Below are positions 48,022-58,477 of a stretch of 64,000 nucleotides of DNA, piece after piece; position 1 is the first letter of the stretch; the number at the start of each line of letters is the position of its first letter. The notes under the pieces are model-generated. The model saw only the letters and a list, made by a program, of their open reading frames with translations, did not search any database and was not told the DNA's origin. The position numbers were made by a program, and so were the translations under genes. Source of the stretch: a virus; the IMG/VR virus record IMGVR_UViG_3300036985_001509, positions 27,447 through 91,446 of that record; one strand, written 5' to 3'.

Positions 48022-50348
48022 TTTTAGAAAAACAGAAAGAAGCAATGGTTCACCAGGAAGGTGAAACACAAGAATCTATTGGAATGTCCCTTGACTTAGA
48101 ATCAGCACAGGTATTGATGCAGATGCTTAGTAAGAATCTGTATTCAGATGCTATTGGTTCTACTGTCAGAGAGTGTGCATCCAATGCACTAGACTCACAC
48201 CGCAGGGCTGGTGTTGATAAGCCTATCGTTGTTGCTCTGAGCAAGAACAAAGAAGACAACTATGAGTTCTCTGTGGAGGACTTTGGTATTGGTTTGGATG
48301 CTGATGACGTAAAGAATATCATCAGTAAGTATGGTAAGAGTACAAAGCGTAATAGCGCTACAGAACTAGGCATGATGGGGCTAGGTTTCAAAGCCCCGCT
48401 AGCGTACAGCTCAAGCTTCTATTTTGTCTGTCGTAAGGATGGAATGGAACGCAAGTATATGATGTACGAGGGTGAAGATGTCAATACTATTGACCTTCTT
48501 TATGAAGCACCCACAGATCAGCCTAATGGTGTTAAAGTGATTGTACCTATCAAGTATTATGATAGATACAGTTTTGAGAACAAAATCAAGGAGCAGCTCG
48601 CTTATTTTGAGAGTGTCTACTTTGATGTACCAAACATCGCTAATAACTTTGTAATTACACGCCATGAACTCTTCCAATTTTCGGAGCTGTCTAGTGATAA
48701 TAATTTGCATGTTTGTCTGGATAATGTCTATTATCCTCTTGACTTCAGCAAACTGGGAATTGATAGAATCCATCTTCCAGTGGCTCTCAGATTTAGTCTG
48801 ACGGATGGCTTGTTCCCAACTCCAAACAGGGAATCCATTCGATACACACAGGAGGCCAAGACTATCATCCTGGATAAGATCAGAGATGCTTCCAACTACT
48901 TCATCCAGAGGTACAATGACACGGTTAAGGACACTACCAACCTGAAGATAGTTATTGACTATTACAACTCTGACAGTCGCTATCTGAAGATAGGTAAGAA
49001 CAGCTGGGACATTCATCCTCTATCTAAGTTTGCTACCATAGGTATTGCAGCCCCTAAGCTCAAGGGTATCGAACTGCTTGATATGGAGCGCCTTGTGAAG
49101 CTTCAGGATTATCTTCTTGGTGAGTATGAGGGTAAGTATTATGTAACTGGTAAGTCTGTGCGTGAAGCAAAGCGTTATTACCAAACTACGTCTCTCAGAA
49201 AGCTCACTCACACGATTTATGTCTATGAGTCGGACAGAATCTCTGGCTTGAAAAAAGACTATCTGAAGAGTGTGCAGCCTGATAATCACACAGAGGCGCT
49301 CATTGTTAGAAAGGTTGGTTCTTTCCCTTTACGCAGCAAGAATGCACGTGGTGATTTTGACAACTATTACACCATGTTACAGCTGGGTAACCATCCCAAA
49401 ACTGAATGGAGAAAGCGTATTCAGGAGTTCCAATCCATCATCAAGAGCTATACTGACCACTTCGTAAACATTGACGCTCTAGAGGTGCCTCAGGAGTTTA
49501 TCGATGGTAGAAAGAAGAATCGCATCAGCACTGGTCAAATCAAGGGCACAGGAGCTACTGGTGGTGGTCCTCGTAGAATTAAGCTGAAAGGTGAGATGAT
49601 ATGTAAGCAGGCTGAACATCTAGAGCGCTGGGTGGATGGAAAGAACTGTAAATGGGTGAGCAAGACCTATGACATGTCTAAGTTCCACCAGAACGAATTC
49701 ATCCTCGTATATGGTAAGCAGGAAGATGCTGACAAGATGGACAAGTGGTTCAAACCTACGCGTAATCTTAAAGTGGAACTAGCCATCCTCAGCGAGCGTG
49801 AGATTAAGCTTGTAGAGAAAGTCCAATTACATAACCTAATGTCATTTAGTAAATTTATGGAAGGAAAGAATAAACCGTTCCAACGGATAGTAACAGCATG
49901 TCTTATCGATAAGCTCTATGACGAATATAAATACATATTCCGTAGCTGTGCAGTTCTTGAACATATCTCTAAAGACTTGTACAACAAGATTGTGAGTCTG
50001 AGAGAATATAGAGAGAAGAACTTCAGAGACATCAACGATGAGTATAGAAATATCCTCATAGAGCATGCAAAGGAAATCAAGGGTTTTGATATGTCTATCT
50101 ATTCCACTGTTGTGGAGATAGAAAGTATCTGTAAGAAGCTTCCATTCCTAGACCCAATGATGAGTAACATCCGTTTTTATGGAGATGAGGATGATAAAAA
50201 GCCAATGGTTATAGCCCTGAAGGATCTATTCAAATACCACAAGCATAGAATAGATTGGAAGAATTATTCAATCCGTTTCAATGAGGACCTCCCTTTAGAG
50301 GAGACGCTAACAACGGAAACTGTTGAACAATTGGTACAACAAGATTAA
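48018..50348 (+). CDS. rIIA: rIIA-like protein (GHKL/HATPase N-domain)
   Basis: LSKNLYSD..VRECASNALDSH, VEDFGIGL, YGKSTKR, GMMGLGFKAPLAY. Confidence 0.8.
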   Translation: MILEKQKEAMVHQEGETQESIGMSLDLESAQVLMQMLSKNLYSDAIGSTVRECASNALDSHRRAGVDKPIVVALSKNKEDNYEFSVEDFGIGLDADDVKNIISKYGKSTKRNSATELGMMGLGFKAPLAYSSSFYFVCRKDGMERKYMMYEGEDVNTIDLLYEAPTDQPNGVKVIVPIKYYDRYSFENKIKEQLAYFESVYFDVPNIANNFVITRHELFQFSELSSDNNLHVCLDNVYYPLDFSKLGIDRIHLPVALRFSLTDGLFPTPNRESIRYTQEAKTIILDKIRDASNYFIQRYNDTVKDTTNLKIVIDYYNSDSRYLKIGKNSWDIHPLSKFATIGIAAPKLKGIELLDMERLVKLQDYLLGEYEGKYYVTGKSVREAKRYYQTTSLRKLTHTIYVYESDRISGLKKDYLKSVQPDNHTEALIVRKVGSFPLRSKNARGDFDNYYTMLQLGNHPKTEWRKRIQEFQSIIKSYTDHFVNIDALEVPQEFIDGRKKNRISTGQIKGTGATGGGPRRIKLKGEMICKQAEHLERWVDGKNCKWVSKTYDMSKFHQNEFILVYGKQEDADKMDKWFKPTRNLKVELAILSEREIKLVEKVQLHNLMSFSKFMEGKNKPFQRIVTACLIDKLYDEYKYIFRSCAVLEHISKDLYNKIVSLREYREKNFRDINDEYRNILIEHAKEIKGFDMSIYSTVVEIESICKKLPFLDPMMSNIRFYGDEDDKKPMVIALKDLFKYHKHRIDWKNYSIRFNEDLPLEETLTTETVEQLVQQD

Positions 50349-50401
50349 ACAAAAGGGGGGATGTAATGTCCCCCCCTATTAAAATTTTAAAACACAATCA
50401 A

Positions 50402-51901
50402 ATGAGTATCTTTAGCCTAAACTGGTTTAAATCAAGAAAACAACAAGAGATCGAGGATCTCAAGCATGAAATCAAAATGAAGGAGCTGCAGAGACAGCTA
50501 GAAAGAATGGATAGCGCCCCAGTGCCTGCACAACAAAGCACAACCTGGAATTATAACTATGTACCCAGTCAACCAACTGTGCCTACAAAGCCCTACAAGA
50601 ATATCAAGTTGGTCAACGACACGCTCACTATTGTTCTGAATGATGGGTCTATCATCACTAAACCTGGTGCAAGTAACGATGACTTTATAACTGCTCGCAA
50701 AGCATCCACAGAAGAGCAGCTTCTCACTCTTGTTGCTAGTCCAGAGATTGTGGCTGAAAGAAAGAAAGAAGAAGCAGAACTGGCTAGAAATAAAGCACTT
50801 AGAGATGGCATCAATAAACTTGGTGAGCTAAATGACTTCCGTGTAGATGGTGGTTCTGTCTACCTCACAGGTATTGATCGTTCCCTACCACAGCTGCTAG
50901 TTGAGGAGTTTGTTGTAATTGCATCCAGAAGCAACTTCAATTCCTATTTGCTGGCTAAAGATGAGGAGTTTCAGTCCCTGAAGCGCTTCTTTATGTGGTG
51001 CTGTCTGAATCCTCGTGCAGAGGTGGCAGATAAGCTATATAACTTCCTGAAAAACAACGCATTCAAAATCACCAAGCAGGGCTTCTTCGCTGCACTCAGA
51101 AATGTGGTAACACTACACGGATCTACAGAACTGGTCCAGTTTGTATCCAACGCCTACACCAAGGTGAAAGCTGTGTGGAAGAAGAGTCCAGATGATTATG
51201 AAGTGTATCTAAAGGATGGTGCTTATTCCTTCATCCATGTAGATGATACATACACTACAGAAACAGTAGAAGGTGAAGAGTATTATGATGAAGATGTCGA
51301 AGATTATGTATGTGAAGAAGATGAAGAAATCACTGTAAAGAGAACAGACCTTGGAGAACACATCGGTAATCTGACAGAAATCTATCTGGACCTGCCTAAT
51401 AGAAGCGAGAACAGATTTACAGATGCTCATACAAAAACCTTTGACATTCGTGTAGGTAGACCTGTAAACATGGACCCTAAAGCATGTCGTTGGAATACAG
51501 ACGATTGTGGTGCTGAGGGTTTACACTTCACCTCTGATGAGATTCACTATGTAGGATGTGGTGACCAGTCTGTACTGGTGCTCATTAACCCAATGAAGGT
51601 GGTGGGTATTGGTGAGAGCAAAGGTAGATGTTGGGAGTATTTACCAATCATGACTGTTCCTCGTGATGAAGCAACATCTATTCTGCATGATCTGGACTTT
51701 GACATGCTGCAGCTTGACGATAGCTATGCTGTTCGTGAGCTTGAGGGTTTGACAGAGAAAGCAAAAGATGGTTTTGTTGCTGAGAGCAAGAAGCATGAAT
51801 TCAACATGCCTCATATCTCTACAAGAGACATTGAGAACATCGTAGCTTCTTTGGATGAGATGAAGAACGAAATCAGCAAGCGCATCGTTGCTCTTGATTA
51901 A
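50402..51901 (+). CDS. rIIB: rIIB-like protein
   Basis: Follows rIIA; CCLNP...LYNFL...ITKQGFFAALRNV, CGAEGLH, VLINPMKVV, KGRC. Confidence 0.75.
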   Translation: MSIFSLNWFKSRKQQEIEDLKHEIKMKELQRQLERMDSAPVPAQQSTTWNYNYVPSQPTVPTKPYKNIKLVNDTLTIVLNDGSIITKPGASNDDFITARKASTEEQLLTLVASPEIVAERKKEEAELARNKALRDGINKLGELNDFRVDGGSVYLTGIDRSLPQLLVEEFVVIASRSNFNSYLLAKDEEFQSLKRFFMWCCLNPRAEVADKLYNFLKNNAFKITKQGFFAALRNVVTLHGSTELVQFVSNAYTKVKAVWKKSPDDYEVYLKDGAYSFIHVDDTYTTETVEGEEYYDEDVEDYVCEEDEEITVKRTDLGEHIGNLTEIYLDLPNRSENRFTDAHTKTFDIRVGRPVNMDPKACRWNTDDCGAEGLHFTSDEIHYVGCGDQSVLVLINPMKVVGIGESKGRCWEYLPIMTVPRDEATSILHDLDFDMLQLDDSYAVRELEGLTEKAKDGFVAESKKHEFNMPHISTRDIENIVASLDEMKNEISKRIVALD

Positions 51902-51959
51902 TAATTTTGGGAGTGTCACTATTTTTCGTAATTTAGTGACATTCCCTTATTATAACTCT

Positions 51960-52364
51960 ATGACAACTAAGAAGATACGTAAGCCTAGGAAGCCAAAGGT
52001 GCTGCGCACTAGAAATGCTGGAACCATGACAGAATCAGCATTCTGGTCCTTCATTCGTAGTGCCCTAAGGCAGAAGAGCAGATTTTGGAAACCTATATTG
52101 CAATGCAAATATGAAGCCCGTAGAACCTATAAAGGTCCTAATAAGAGGCAGAAGTTTGAATACCTGTGCAACAGCTGTAATAAATGGTTCCCAGAGAAGA
52201 AAATTAACGTGGATCATACAGTTCCTGCAGGTTCTCTAAACTGTGCAGCAGACCTCCCAGGATTTGTGGAGCGCCTGTTTTGTGAGAAAGAACATCTGCA
52301 AGTGCTATGTGAGACATGTCATGATGAAAAAACTAAACAAGAAAAACTATGTCAGAAGAAGTAA
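51960..52364 (+). CDS. HNH endonuclease
   Basis: CNSC...INVDHTVP...HLQVLCETCHDEKT. Confidence 0.8.
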   Translation: MTTKKIRKPRKPKVLRTRNAGTMTESAFWSFIRSALRQKSRFWKPILQCKYEARRTYKGPNKRQKFEYLCNSCNKWFPEKKINVDHTVPAGSLNCAADLPGFVERLFCEKEHLQVLCETCHDEKTKQEKLCQKK

Positions 52365-52627
52365 ACCAAATTGTCATCAACAAAGAGCCCTCCTTTACAG
52401 AGGTGTGGCACGAGGGGTACATTGAATCCAATGGGGAACGTCATTACTTTTGGCTTATTAATCCTCAGGGTGTAGATCCTAGAGGTAATGAATATGCTCA
52501 AGAGGTGAGATGGTTCTTTGCTCGTGTCCCTAGAGAAGTGAGAGCTATGTACAATTCTATTATTGAAGCATTTAAACAGACAGAGAATGATAGTGCAAAC
52601 AGTGCACGAGATTCTAAATCCCTTTGA
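52349..52627 (+). CDS. Hypothetical protein
   Basis: Coupled ORF. Confidence 0.55.
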   Translation: MSEEVNQIVINKEPSFTEVWHEGYIESNGERHYFWLINPQGVDPRGNEYAQEVRWFFARVPREVRAMYNSIIEAFKQTENDSANSARDSKSL

Positions 52628-52814
52628 TGTAGAAGTGCGAGAACTGGGGTATGGGGTGGCTTTATTTCTGATAACAGGAAGCATCCATTCCAACCCTCAG
52701 TTTATCGTGCGTTTCTATCATACAGGAGAAATTAGAACCGTGGACCAAAATGACCTACGTGTATACGGTAATCCAACAGCAGGTGAATCTTTAAAACCAA
52801 AAGACAATGATTAA
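52587..52814 (+). CDS. Hypothetical protein
   Basis: Likely start at MIVQTVHEIL. Confidence 0.5.
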   Translation: MIVQTVHEILNPFDVEVRELGYGVALFLITGSIHSNPQFIVRFYHTGEIRTVDQNDLRVYGNPTAGESLKPKDND

Positions 52815-53853
52815 AGGACAAGTAAAAACAGAAGCAAACTATCGTGCTAAGGCAATTGATAGTTCGTCCAGCCTGAAGGAATTCAGCATGGACAGGAAGA
52901 AATACTATCGTAAGTATATCCTGGGTGAGACTGTAGAAGATAAAGACACCCAAGCAGCTACAATTGGTAGGGTGGTAGAAACTCTATTACTGGAACCAGA
53001 GCTATTTGATGAGAAATTTTATATGTCAGCTTGTGCTAGTGCCCCTACAGGATTAATGTTGGCGTTTGTAGAAGCTTTGTACAAGTTTACTAAAGAGGCC
53101 ACAGATGATAACGGTAATGTAACTAGAAGCTTTGAGGACATATCTAAAGATGCATATACAGAATCTGGATTCAAGATTAAGTATGATGCTGTCATTGGTA
53201 AGTTTGTAGGATCTGATGCAGAAATCTTCTACAACGAGATTCGCAAGGTGAGAAGTCAAAACCTCACTGTCATCACTACAGAGGATGTGAGTAATGCAGA
53301 GAAGATTGTAGAGGAGCTCCGCAACAATCCTGTTACTAAAGACGTGGTTAATCTTGTCAGTAGCCCACGCTATACAGTGCACAACCAGCTACAGGTGGAA
53401 GGATATGAGGTGGATGATCACAAGTTCAAGAGCATGATGGATAAGGTGATCGTTGATCACGAACAGCGAACAATCCAGGTGTATGATCTTAAGTGTACGT
53501 GGAGCGTAGAGAACTTCCTAGAGGAGTATTATCTCTATCGTAGAGCTTATATTCAGGCCTATTTGTATTTCTGGGCAGCGTTTAAGTTCAGAGATGACTA
53601 TAAGCTTGATGGCTATAGAGTTGATCCACCTATGTTTATTGTTTGTGACAGCACCAACTATTACAATCCATTGATATACACACTCTCCCATGGGGATCTA
53701 GAGGACGCATATAACGGTTTTACTCACAAGAATAGAGAATATGTGGGCGTTCAGGATCTAATTGAGGACCTGAAGTGGGCTCTTGAGAATAATGTGTGGA
53801 ACATTAGCAGAGAAAACAGCATTAACAATGGACTTGTAAACATTAGAGGATGA
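52807..53853 (+). CDS. PD-(D/E)XK exonuclease (RecE/ExoVIII-like)
   Basis: SSSSLKEF, KSMMDKVIVD...VYDLK, YIQAYLY. Confidence 0.75.
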   Translation: MIKGQVKTEANYRAKAIDSSSSLKEFSMDRKKYYRKYILGETVEDKDTQAATIGRVVETLLLEPELFDEKFYMSACASAPTGLMLAFVEALYKFTKEATDDNGNVTRSFEDISKDAYTESGFKIKYDAVIGKFVGSDAEIFYNEIRKVRSQNLTVITTEDVSNAEKIVEELRNNPVTKDVVNLVSSPRYTVHNQLQVEGYEVDDHKFKSMMDKVIVDHEQRTIQVYDLKCTWSVENFLEEYYLYRRAYIQAYLYFWAAFKFRDDYKLDGYRVDPPMFIVCDSTNYYNPLIYTLSHGDLEDAYNGFTHKNREYVGVQDLIEDLKWALENNVWNISRENSINNGLVNIRG

Positions 53854-54404
53854 ATGATGTAAAAAAGACAATCACAAGCATATTTATGGTGCCCACCCTC
53901 AAGATACCAAGAGGTGAGCTGCAAGAGAATGGTTTTATCAATGGTTATGTTAGAGATGATAGCAGAGAGGTGCAGTATGATCACTGCATCTATCTGCTCT
54001 TTCAGCCTAAGAGCCTATACAAGTTCAGAGAGTTTCTGGATAGCGAATATGAACGAACCAAGTCTATTATTGATGACTATGATTACAACGATGGTTTTGT
54101 AGTGGTGGTTTATCAACTGGACAAGAAGTTTACTAAAGACTTCATGTTGATTAAAGAAGGTTTGTATTCCCGCACATCCAAGGACTTTCAGGCTCTATTC
54201 CCTAAGATAATCAAGATTAATAAGAACGGTTTGCAGCGAGATGAAATCAGCTTGCAATACCGTGTGTTCAATAGAACAGAAGACTTGATTAAGTTCTGGG
54301 AGGACAAACTAGGCGTAGAGTTTGATGATGACCAGGAGGTTTGGCATGCATTTATTACGGAAGATGAAATTCTTAACACTGAAAAACTCAAAGAGTATGT
54401 ATGA
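53850..54404 (+). CDS. Hypothetical protein
   Basis: 184 aa coupled ORF. Confidence 0.65.
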   Translation: MNDVKKTITSIFMVPTLKIPRGELQENGFINGYVRDDSREVQYDHCIYLLFQPKSLYKFREFLDSEYERTKSIIDDYDYNDGFVVVVYQLDKKFTKDFMLIKEGLYSRTSKDFQALFPKIIKINKNGLQRDEISLQYRVFNRTEDLIKFWEDKLGVEFDDDQEVWHAFITEDEILNTEKLKEYV

Positions 54405-54601
54405 TAATCAAATAGCAGAAACGCTAAGAAAAACCTACGGAGATGAGAAGTTCAAGATCTATTGTGAGATGCAAGTGATTAGACACAAGCTTGCTAACAG
54501 AGAACTGGACAGACTTAGTGGTTCAGAAGACGAGAGCTATGAGCGCTACTTCTGGAAGACAAAGCTTGATGAAATTACTAAAAACGAAAAACTAAAAGAA
54601 A

Positions 54602-55021
54602 ATGTATAATCTACTAGAAAAGTATCCCTACGCTACAGAGGCTATAAGGGATTGGTTTATGGGGAAGATGATCGAGTCTTTTAAAGACCAGAACGTCCCT
54701 AGTGATTTTAAAGAATACATGCGTCAGCAGGGAATTCCAAATGATAGGTTGGCTCAGATGATTCAAGGTAATCCCAGAGTGTTGTTTGATGTATTTGATG
54801 ATAACAACGTGATTATCAACGTATTGTGTATATACAAAGGTTTTACGTGGGATGTAGGAGATGTGAAAAGTGTTCAAGTGTATTCCTCTAGAAAGGAAGC
54901 TGAGGGTGCTGCTGTTGAACGCGCCTTTCAAATACTGGATGAAAAGTTAAACATTATTGTTTCTGAAACCAAAAACGATGAAAGACCAGATAGTACAACA
55001 AGTGATAACAAAATATTCTGA
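54602..55021 (+). CDS. Hypothetical protein
   Basis: 139 aa ORF. Confidence 0.6.
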   Translation: MYNLLEKYPYATEAIRDWFMGKMIESFKDQNVPSDFKEYMRQQGIPNDRLAQMIQGNPRVLFDVFDDNNVIINVLCIYKGFTWDVGDVKSVQVYSSRKEAEGAAVERAFQILDEKLNIIVSETKNDERPDSTTSDNKIF

Positions 55022-55229
55022 GCGCAGCGAAAGAGGTTATCAGAAGTATGGCACCACCTTAGAAGAGAATAACAGGGACGTCTACCTGAAACATCTTCAG
55101 GAGGAGCTTATGGACGCTACCCTCTACCTAGAGAAACTTATTACGTTAGAACAGGAGATGAGAATCCTCTGCATGAAGCATTTAGATAATAAGGAACTAG
55201 GTGATGCTGTAAGGAAATTAGTTAGCTAG
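54978..55229 (+). CDS. Small all-alpha NTP pyrophosphohydrolase-like (MazG-like) protein
   Basis: RGYQKYGTTL...HLQEELMDATLY (EExxD). Confidence 0.5.
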   Translation: MKDQIVQQVITKYSERSERGYQKYGTTLEENNRDVYLKHLQEELMDATLYLEKLITLEQEMRILCMKHLDNKELGDAVRKLVS

Positions 55230-55314
55230 AATTTTCTAATTGTCTTGGAACTTAAGGGGTGGTGATTTAACTTCGCCACCCCTTATTTTTCACCTTTTAA
55301 AACACGATTTTTCT

Positions 55315-57165
55315 ATGGATTTAGGATTGGACGCACTAAGTAAATTAACAGTTTTTAGTAAGTACGCAAAGTATGTACCCGAATTAAAGCGAAGAGAGAC
55401 CTGGGAAGAGATTGTAGCCAGGTATGAGAGCATGATGATCAAGAAGTATCCTAAGCTGGAAAGCCAGATTAAGGAGACTTCTCAGTTCATTTTAAACAAG
55501 AAAGTGCTTCCTTCCATGAGAGCCCTGCAGTTTGCAGGACCAGCCGCTGAGGTGAACAACTCAAGAATCTACAACTGCTGCTATCTACCTATTGATAGCA
55601 TTCATAGCTTCAGTGAGACTATGTTCTTGCTATTGGGTGGTACAGGAGTGGGCTATAGTGTTCAGAAACAACACGTTGGACAGCTTCCAACTGTTACAAA
55701 GCCTGGTAAAGCTCGTAACTACTTGATTGAGGACAGCATTATGGGATGGGCAGACGCTATCAAGGTGCTCATGAAAGCCTATCTAGAGGGTGGTTTTATG
55801 CCCAAGTTTGACTTCAGAGCCATCCGCAAGAAGGGTGCTCGACTGGTTACAGCTGGTGGTAAAGCCCCTGGACCAGAGCCTTTAAAGATATGTCTGGCTC
55901 ATGTAGAGGCTGTTTTGAGCCGAATAGAGCCTGGTAATCAGCTCACACCTCTTCAGTGCCACGATATCCTGTGTCACATCGCAAACAGTGTACTGGCTGG
56001 TGGTATCCGCAGATCTGCTATGATTGCCCTGTTTAGCCATGATGATGAGGAAATGATCACCTGCAAGTATGGTAACTGGTGGGAGACTAATGAACAGCGT
56101 GGTAGAGCTAATAACTCTGCTGTACTTCTCAGAGGGGATGTCGTAGCTCAGGAGTTCTTTGATCTCTGGAAGCGCATTGAAGCTTCTGGATCAGGGGAGC
56201 CTGGGATTTATTGGACAAACAATCTAGACTGGGGAACTAATCCCTGCTGTGAGATTGCTCTCAGACCCTATCAGTTCTGTAACCTGTGTGAGGTGAATGT
56301 AAGTGATGTAGTTAATCAGCAGGACCTGAATGATCGTGTTACAGCAGCTGCGTTCTTTGGAACTCTGCAGGCTGGATTTACAGACTTTCACTACCTAAGA
56401 CCCATTTGGTCTAAAACCACCCAGAAAGATGCCCTCCTTGGGATAGGCATGACTGGGATTGGGTCAGGGGAAATCTTGAAATATAACCTAGCAGCTGCAG
56501 CACGTGTGGCCAAGATGACTAATGCTATCATTAGCGAGCAGATTGGTACAAATGAAGCAGCACGTGTAACATGCATTAAGCCTTCTGGTACAACCAGCCT
56601 TGTTCTGGGAACAGCTAGCGGTATACATGCCTGGCACAACGATTATTACCTGCGCACTATGCGTTTTGGTAAGAATGAAGATGTGGCTAGCTATCTAATG
56701 GTAAACCATCCAGAACTGGTTGAGGATGATGTACTTAGACCACATGATACTGTCTGTGTGCGCATTCCTGTAAAGGCGCCTGAAGGGTCCATTTTCCGTA
56801 CAGAGAGCCCTCTTGAAACATTAGAGCGTGTCAAGAAGTTCTCCATCGAGTGGATCAAAGAAGGTCACCTGATAGGAGACAATACACACAACGTATCAGC
56901 CACTATTTCTCTTAAGCCCGAAGAATGGCCTATTGCAGGAGAGTGGATGTGGGACAATAGACAATTTTACAATGGCCTAAGTGTTCTCCCTTATTTTGGA
57001 CACACTTACAAACAGGCTCCTTTTGAAGACATCACAGAGGAAGAATATAATAACAGGCTTGCTACCCTTCATACACTAGATCTCACCAAGGTGACAGAAC
57101 TAGACGATGCTGTAGAATTTTCTCAAATTGCAAGTTGTGCGGGAGGGGCTTGTGAAGTACAGTAA
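55315..57165 (+). CDS. nrdJ: Class II (adenosylcobalamin-dependent) ribonucleotide reductase
   Basis: RRETWEE, LPSMRAL, YNCC, GTGVG, GGIRRSA, GEPG, TNPCCEI, CIKPSGT, C-terminal CAGGAC; no NrdB adjacent. Confidence 0.88.
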   Translation: MDLGLDALSKLTVFSKYAKYVPELKRRETWEEIVARYESMMIKKYPKLESQIKETSQFILNKKVLPSMRALQFAGPAAEVNNSRIYNCCYLPIDSIHSFSETMFLLLGGTGVGYSVQKQHVGQLPTVTKPGKARNYLIEDSIMGWADAIKVLMKAYLEGGFMPKFDFRAIRKKGARLVTAGGKAPGPEPLKICLAHVEAVLSRIEPGNQLTPLQCHDILCHIANSVLAGGIRRSAMIALFSHDDEEMITCKYGNWWETNEQRGRANNSAVLLRGDVVAQEFFDLWKRIEASGSGEPGIYWTNNLDWGTNPCCEIALRPYQFCNLCEVNVSDVVNQQDLNDRVTAAAFFGTLQAGFTDFHYLRPIWSKTTQKDALLGIGMTGIGSGEILKYNLAAAARVAKMTNAIISEQIGTNEAARVTCIKPSGTTSLVLGTASGIHAWHNDYYLRTMRFGKNEDVASYLMVNHPELVEDDVLRPHDTVCVRIPVKAPEGSIFRTESPLETLERVKKFSIEWIKEGHLIGDNTHNVSATISLKPEEWPIAGEWMWDNRQFYNGLSVLPYFGHTYKQAPFEDITEEEYNNRLATLHTLDLTKVTELDDAVEFSQIASCAGGACEVQ

Positions 57166-57328
57166 GTTTGATCTTATAGAGGGCATGCATTATTACCTAG
57201 AAGGTAATAAGGTGGTGTTTACAGAGCTGTTCCATAAACAACGTGGCTATTGTTGTGGTGCGGGCTGTAAACATTGCCCTTTTGATCCAAAGCACAATAA
57301 AGGAAATAAGAAGACGAAAAAAGTTTGA
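57152..57328 (+). CDS. Small Cys-rich protein (DUF5522-like)
   Basis: VFTELFHKQRGYCCGAGCKHCPF. Confidence 0.65.
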   Translation: MKYSKFDLIEGMHYYLEGNKVVFTELFHKQRGYCCGAGCKHCPFDPKHNKGNKKTKKV

Positions 57329-57345
57329 TTCGACAGTTAACGAAA

Positions 57346-57380
57346 GCCCTGGGTGTGTCTACACTCGGGGCTAATTTTTT
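57346..57380 (+). terminator. Rho-independent terminator
   Basis: GCCCTGGGTGT-GTCT-ACACTCGGGGC followed by TAATTTTTT. Confidence 0.7.
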
Positions 57381-57413
57381 GTAAAAAAGTTAGGTTTTCA
57401 TAGGGAAAACCGT

Positions 57414-57421
57414 TATATTTG
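57414..57421 (+). promoter_or_regulatory. Bacteroidota -7 box upstream of recA
   Basis: TATATTTG matches TAnnTTTG. Confidence 0.55.
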
Positions 57422-57442
57422 TGTATTAAACAACAACTACAT

Positions 57443-58477
57443 ATGGCAAAGGCAAAACAAGAAAACTCTGAATCCAAACAGAGTAAATTTCAAGAAGCAT
57501 TAGACAAATTAAACAAGACGTATGGTGTAGGCACAGTGCTTGCACTAGACAGTAAAACTGGTGGTGATTATGACATCATCAGCACAGGGTCACTTGGTTT
57601 TGATTACATTACACTAGGTGTGGGTGGCTTTGTAAAAGGTCGCATGTATGAACTGATGGGATGGGAGGGTACAGGCAAATCAACCATCTGCGGTCATGCT
57701 GCAGCAGAGTGTCAAAGAAAAGGAGGTACTGTTCTGTATATTGATGGCGAGCATGCTGTTGATAAGAAATACTTTCAGGCCCTGGGTGTAGATACAACTA
57801 AAATGTTGATTGCTCAACCTGCTTGTGGTGAGGAAGGATTCAACATTGCTATGGAGATGATCAACACTGGAGAAATTGACCTAGTAATTATTGACTCAGA
57901 CTCATCACTTATTCCTAAGAAGGTGTTAGATGGTGAGGTGGGTGATAGTGCTATTGGTAAGAAAGCTGTTCTGAACAGCAATGCCTATCCTAAGCTGAAG
58001 ACAGCCCTAGCTGCAAACAATGTTTGCATGATTGTAATCAGTCAGTATCGCGAGAAGATTGGTGTTATGTTTGGTAATCCCACCACAACACAAGGAGGAC
58101 ATGCGCTGAAGTTTTACAGTGATTGTAGAATTGAGGTGAGCAGAAGCCTTGCAAAAGAGGGGGACGTCACTTATGGTAATCTAACTAAGGTGAAAGCTAC
58201 CAAGAACAAACTAAATCCTCCCTACCGTATGGCTAGCTTTGAAATCATCTATGGTGAGGGTATTGATAAGGTAGGTGAAACACTCACTCTCATGAACGAG
58301 TATGAGGTGGGTAGGAAGTATGGCAAAACCATGACTTTCAATGAAACTAAGTATGACCTGGAAGAGTTTAAGAGAATGCTTTTAGACAACCCTGAGTTCT
58401 ACGCAGAGATTAAAACCGCTATTCTTGACAAAATAAAACAAGCAGATGTCCTCCAGGAAGCCGAAGATCAGATTTAA
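57443..58477 (+). CDS. recA: RecA recombinase
   Basis: ISTGSLGFD, GWEGTGKST, YIDGEHA, ISQYREKIGVMFGNPTTTQGGHALKFYS, KNKL. Confidence 0.95.
   Translation: MAKAKQENSESKQSKFQEALDKLNKTYGVGTVLALDSKTGGDYDIISTGSLGFDYITLGVGGFVKGRMYELMGWEGTGKSTICGHAAAECQRKGGTVLYIDGEHAVDKKYFQALGVDTTKMLIAQPACGEEGFNIAMEMINTGEIDLVIIDSDSSLIPKKVLDGEVGDSAIGKKAVLNSNAYPKLKTALAANNVCMIVISQYREKIGVMFGNPTTTQGGHALKFYSDCRIEVSRSLAKEGDVTYGNLTKVKATKNKLNPPYRMASFEIIYGEGIDKVGETLTLMNEYEVGRKYGKTMTFNETKYDLEEFKRMLLDNPEFYAEIKTAILDKIKQADVLQEAEDQI

Noticed and set aside
25353-57165. Introns/inteins in terL, polB, dnaB, nrdJ
   Set aside because: ORFs are continuous and of ordinary length, with no intein motifs noticed.
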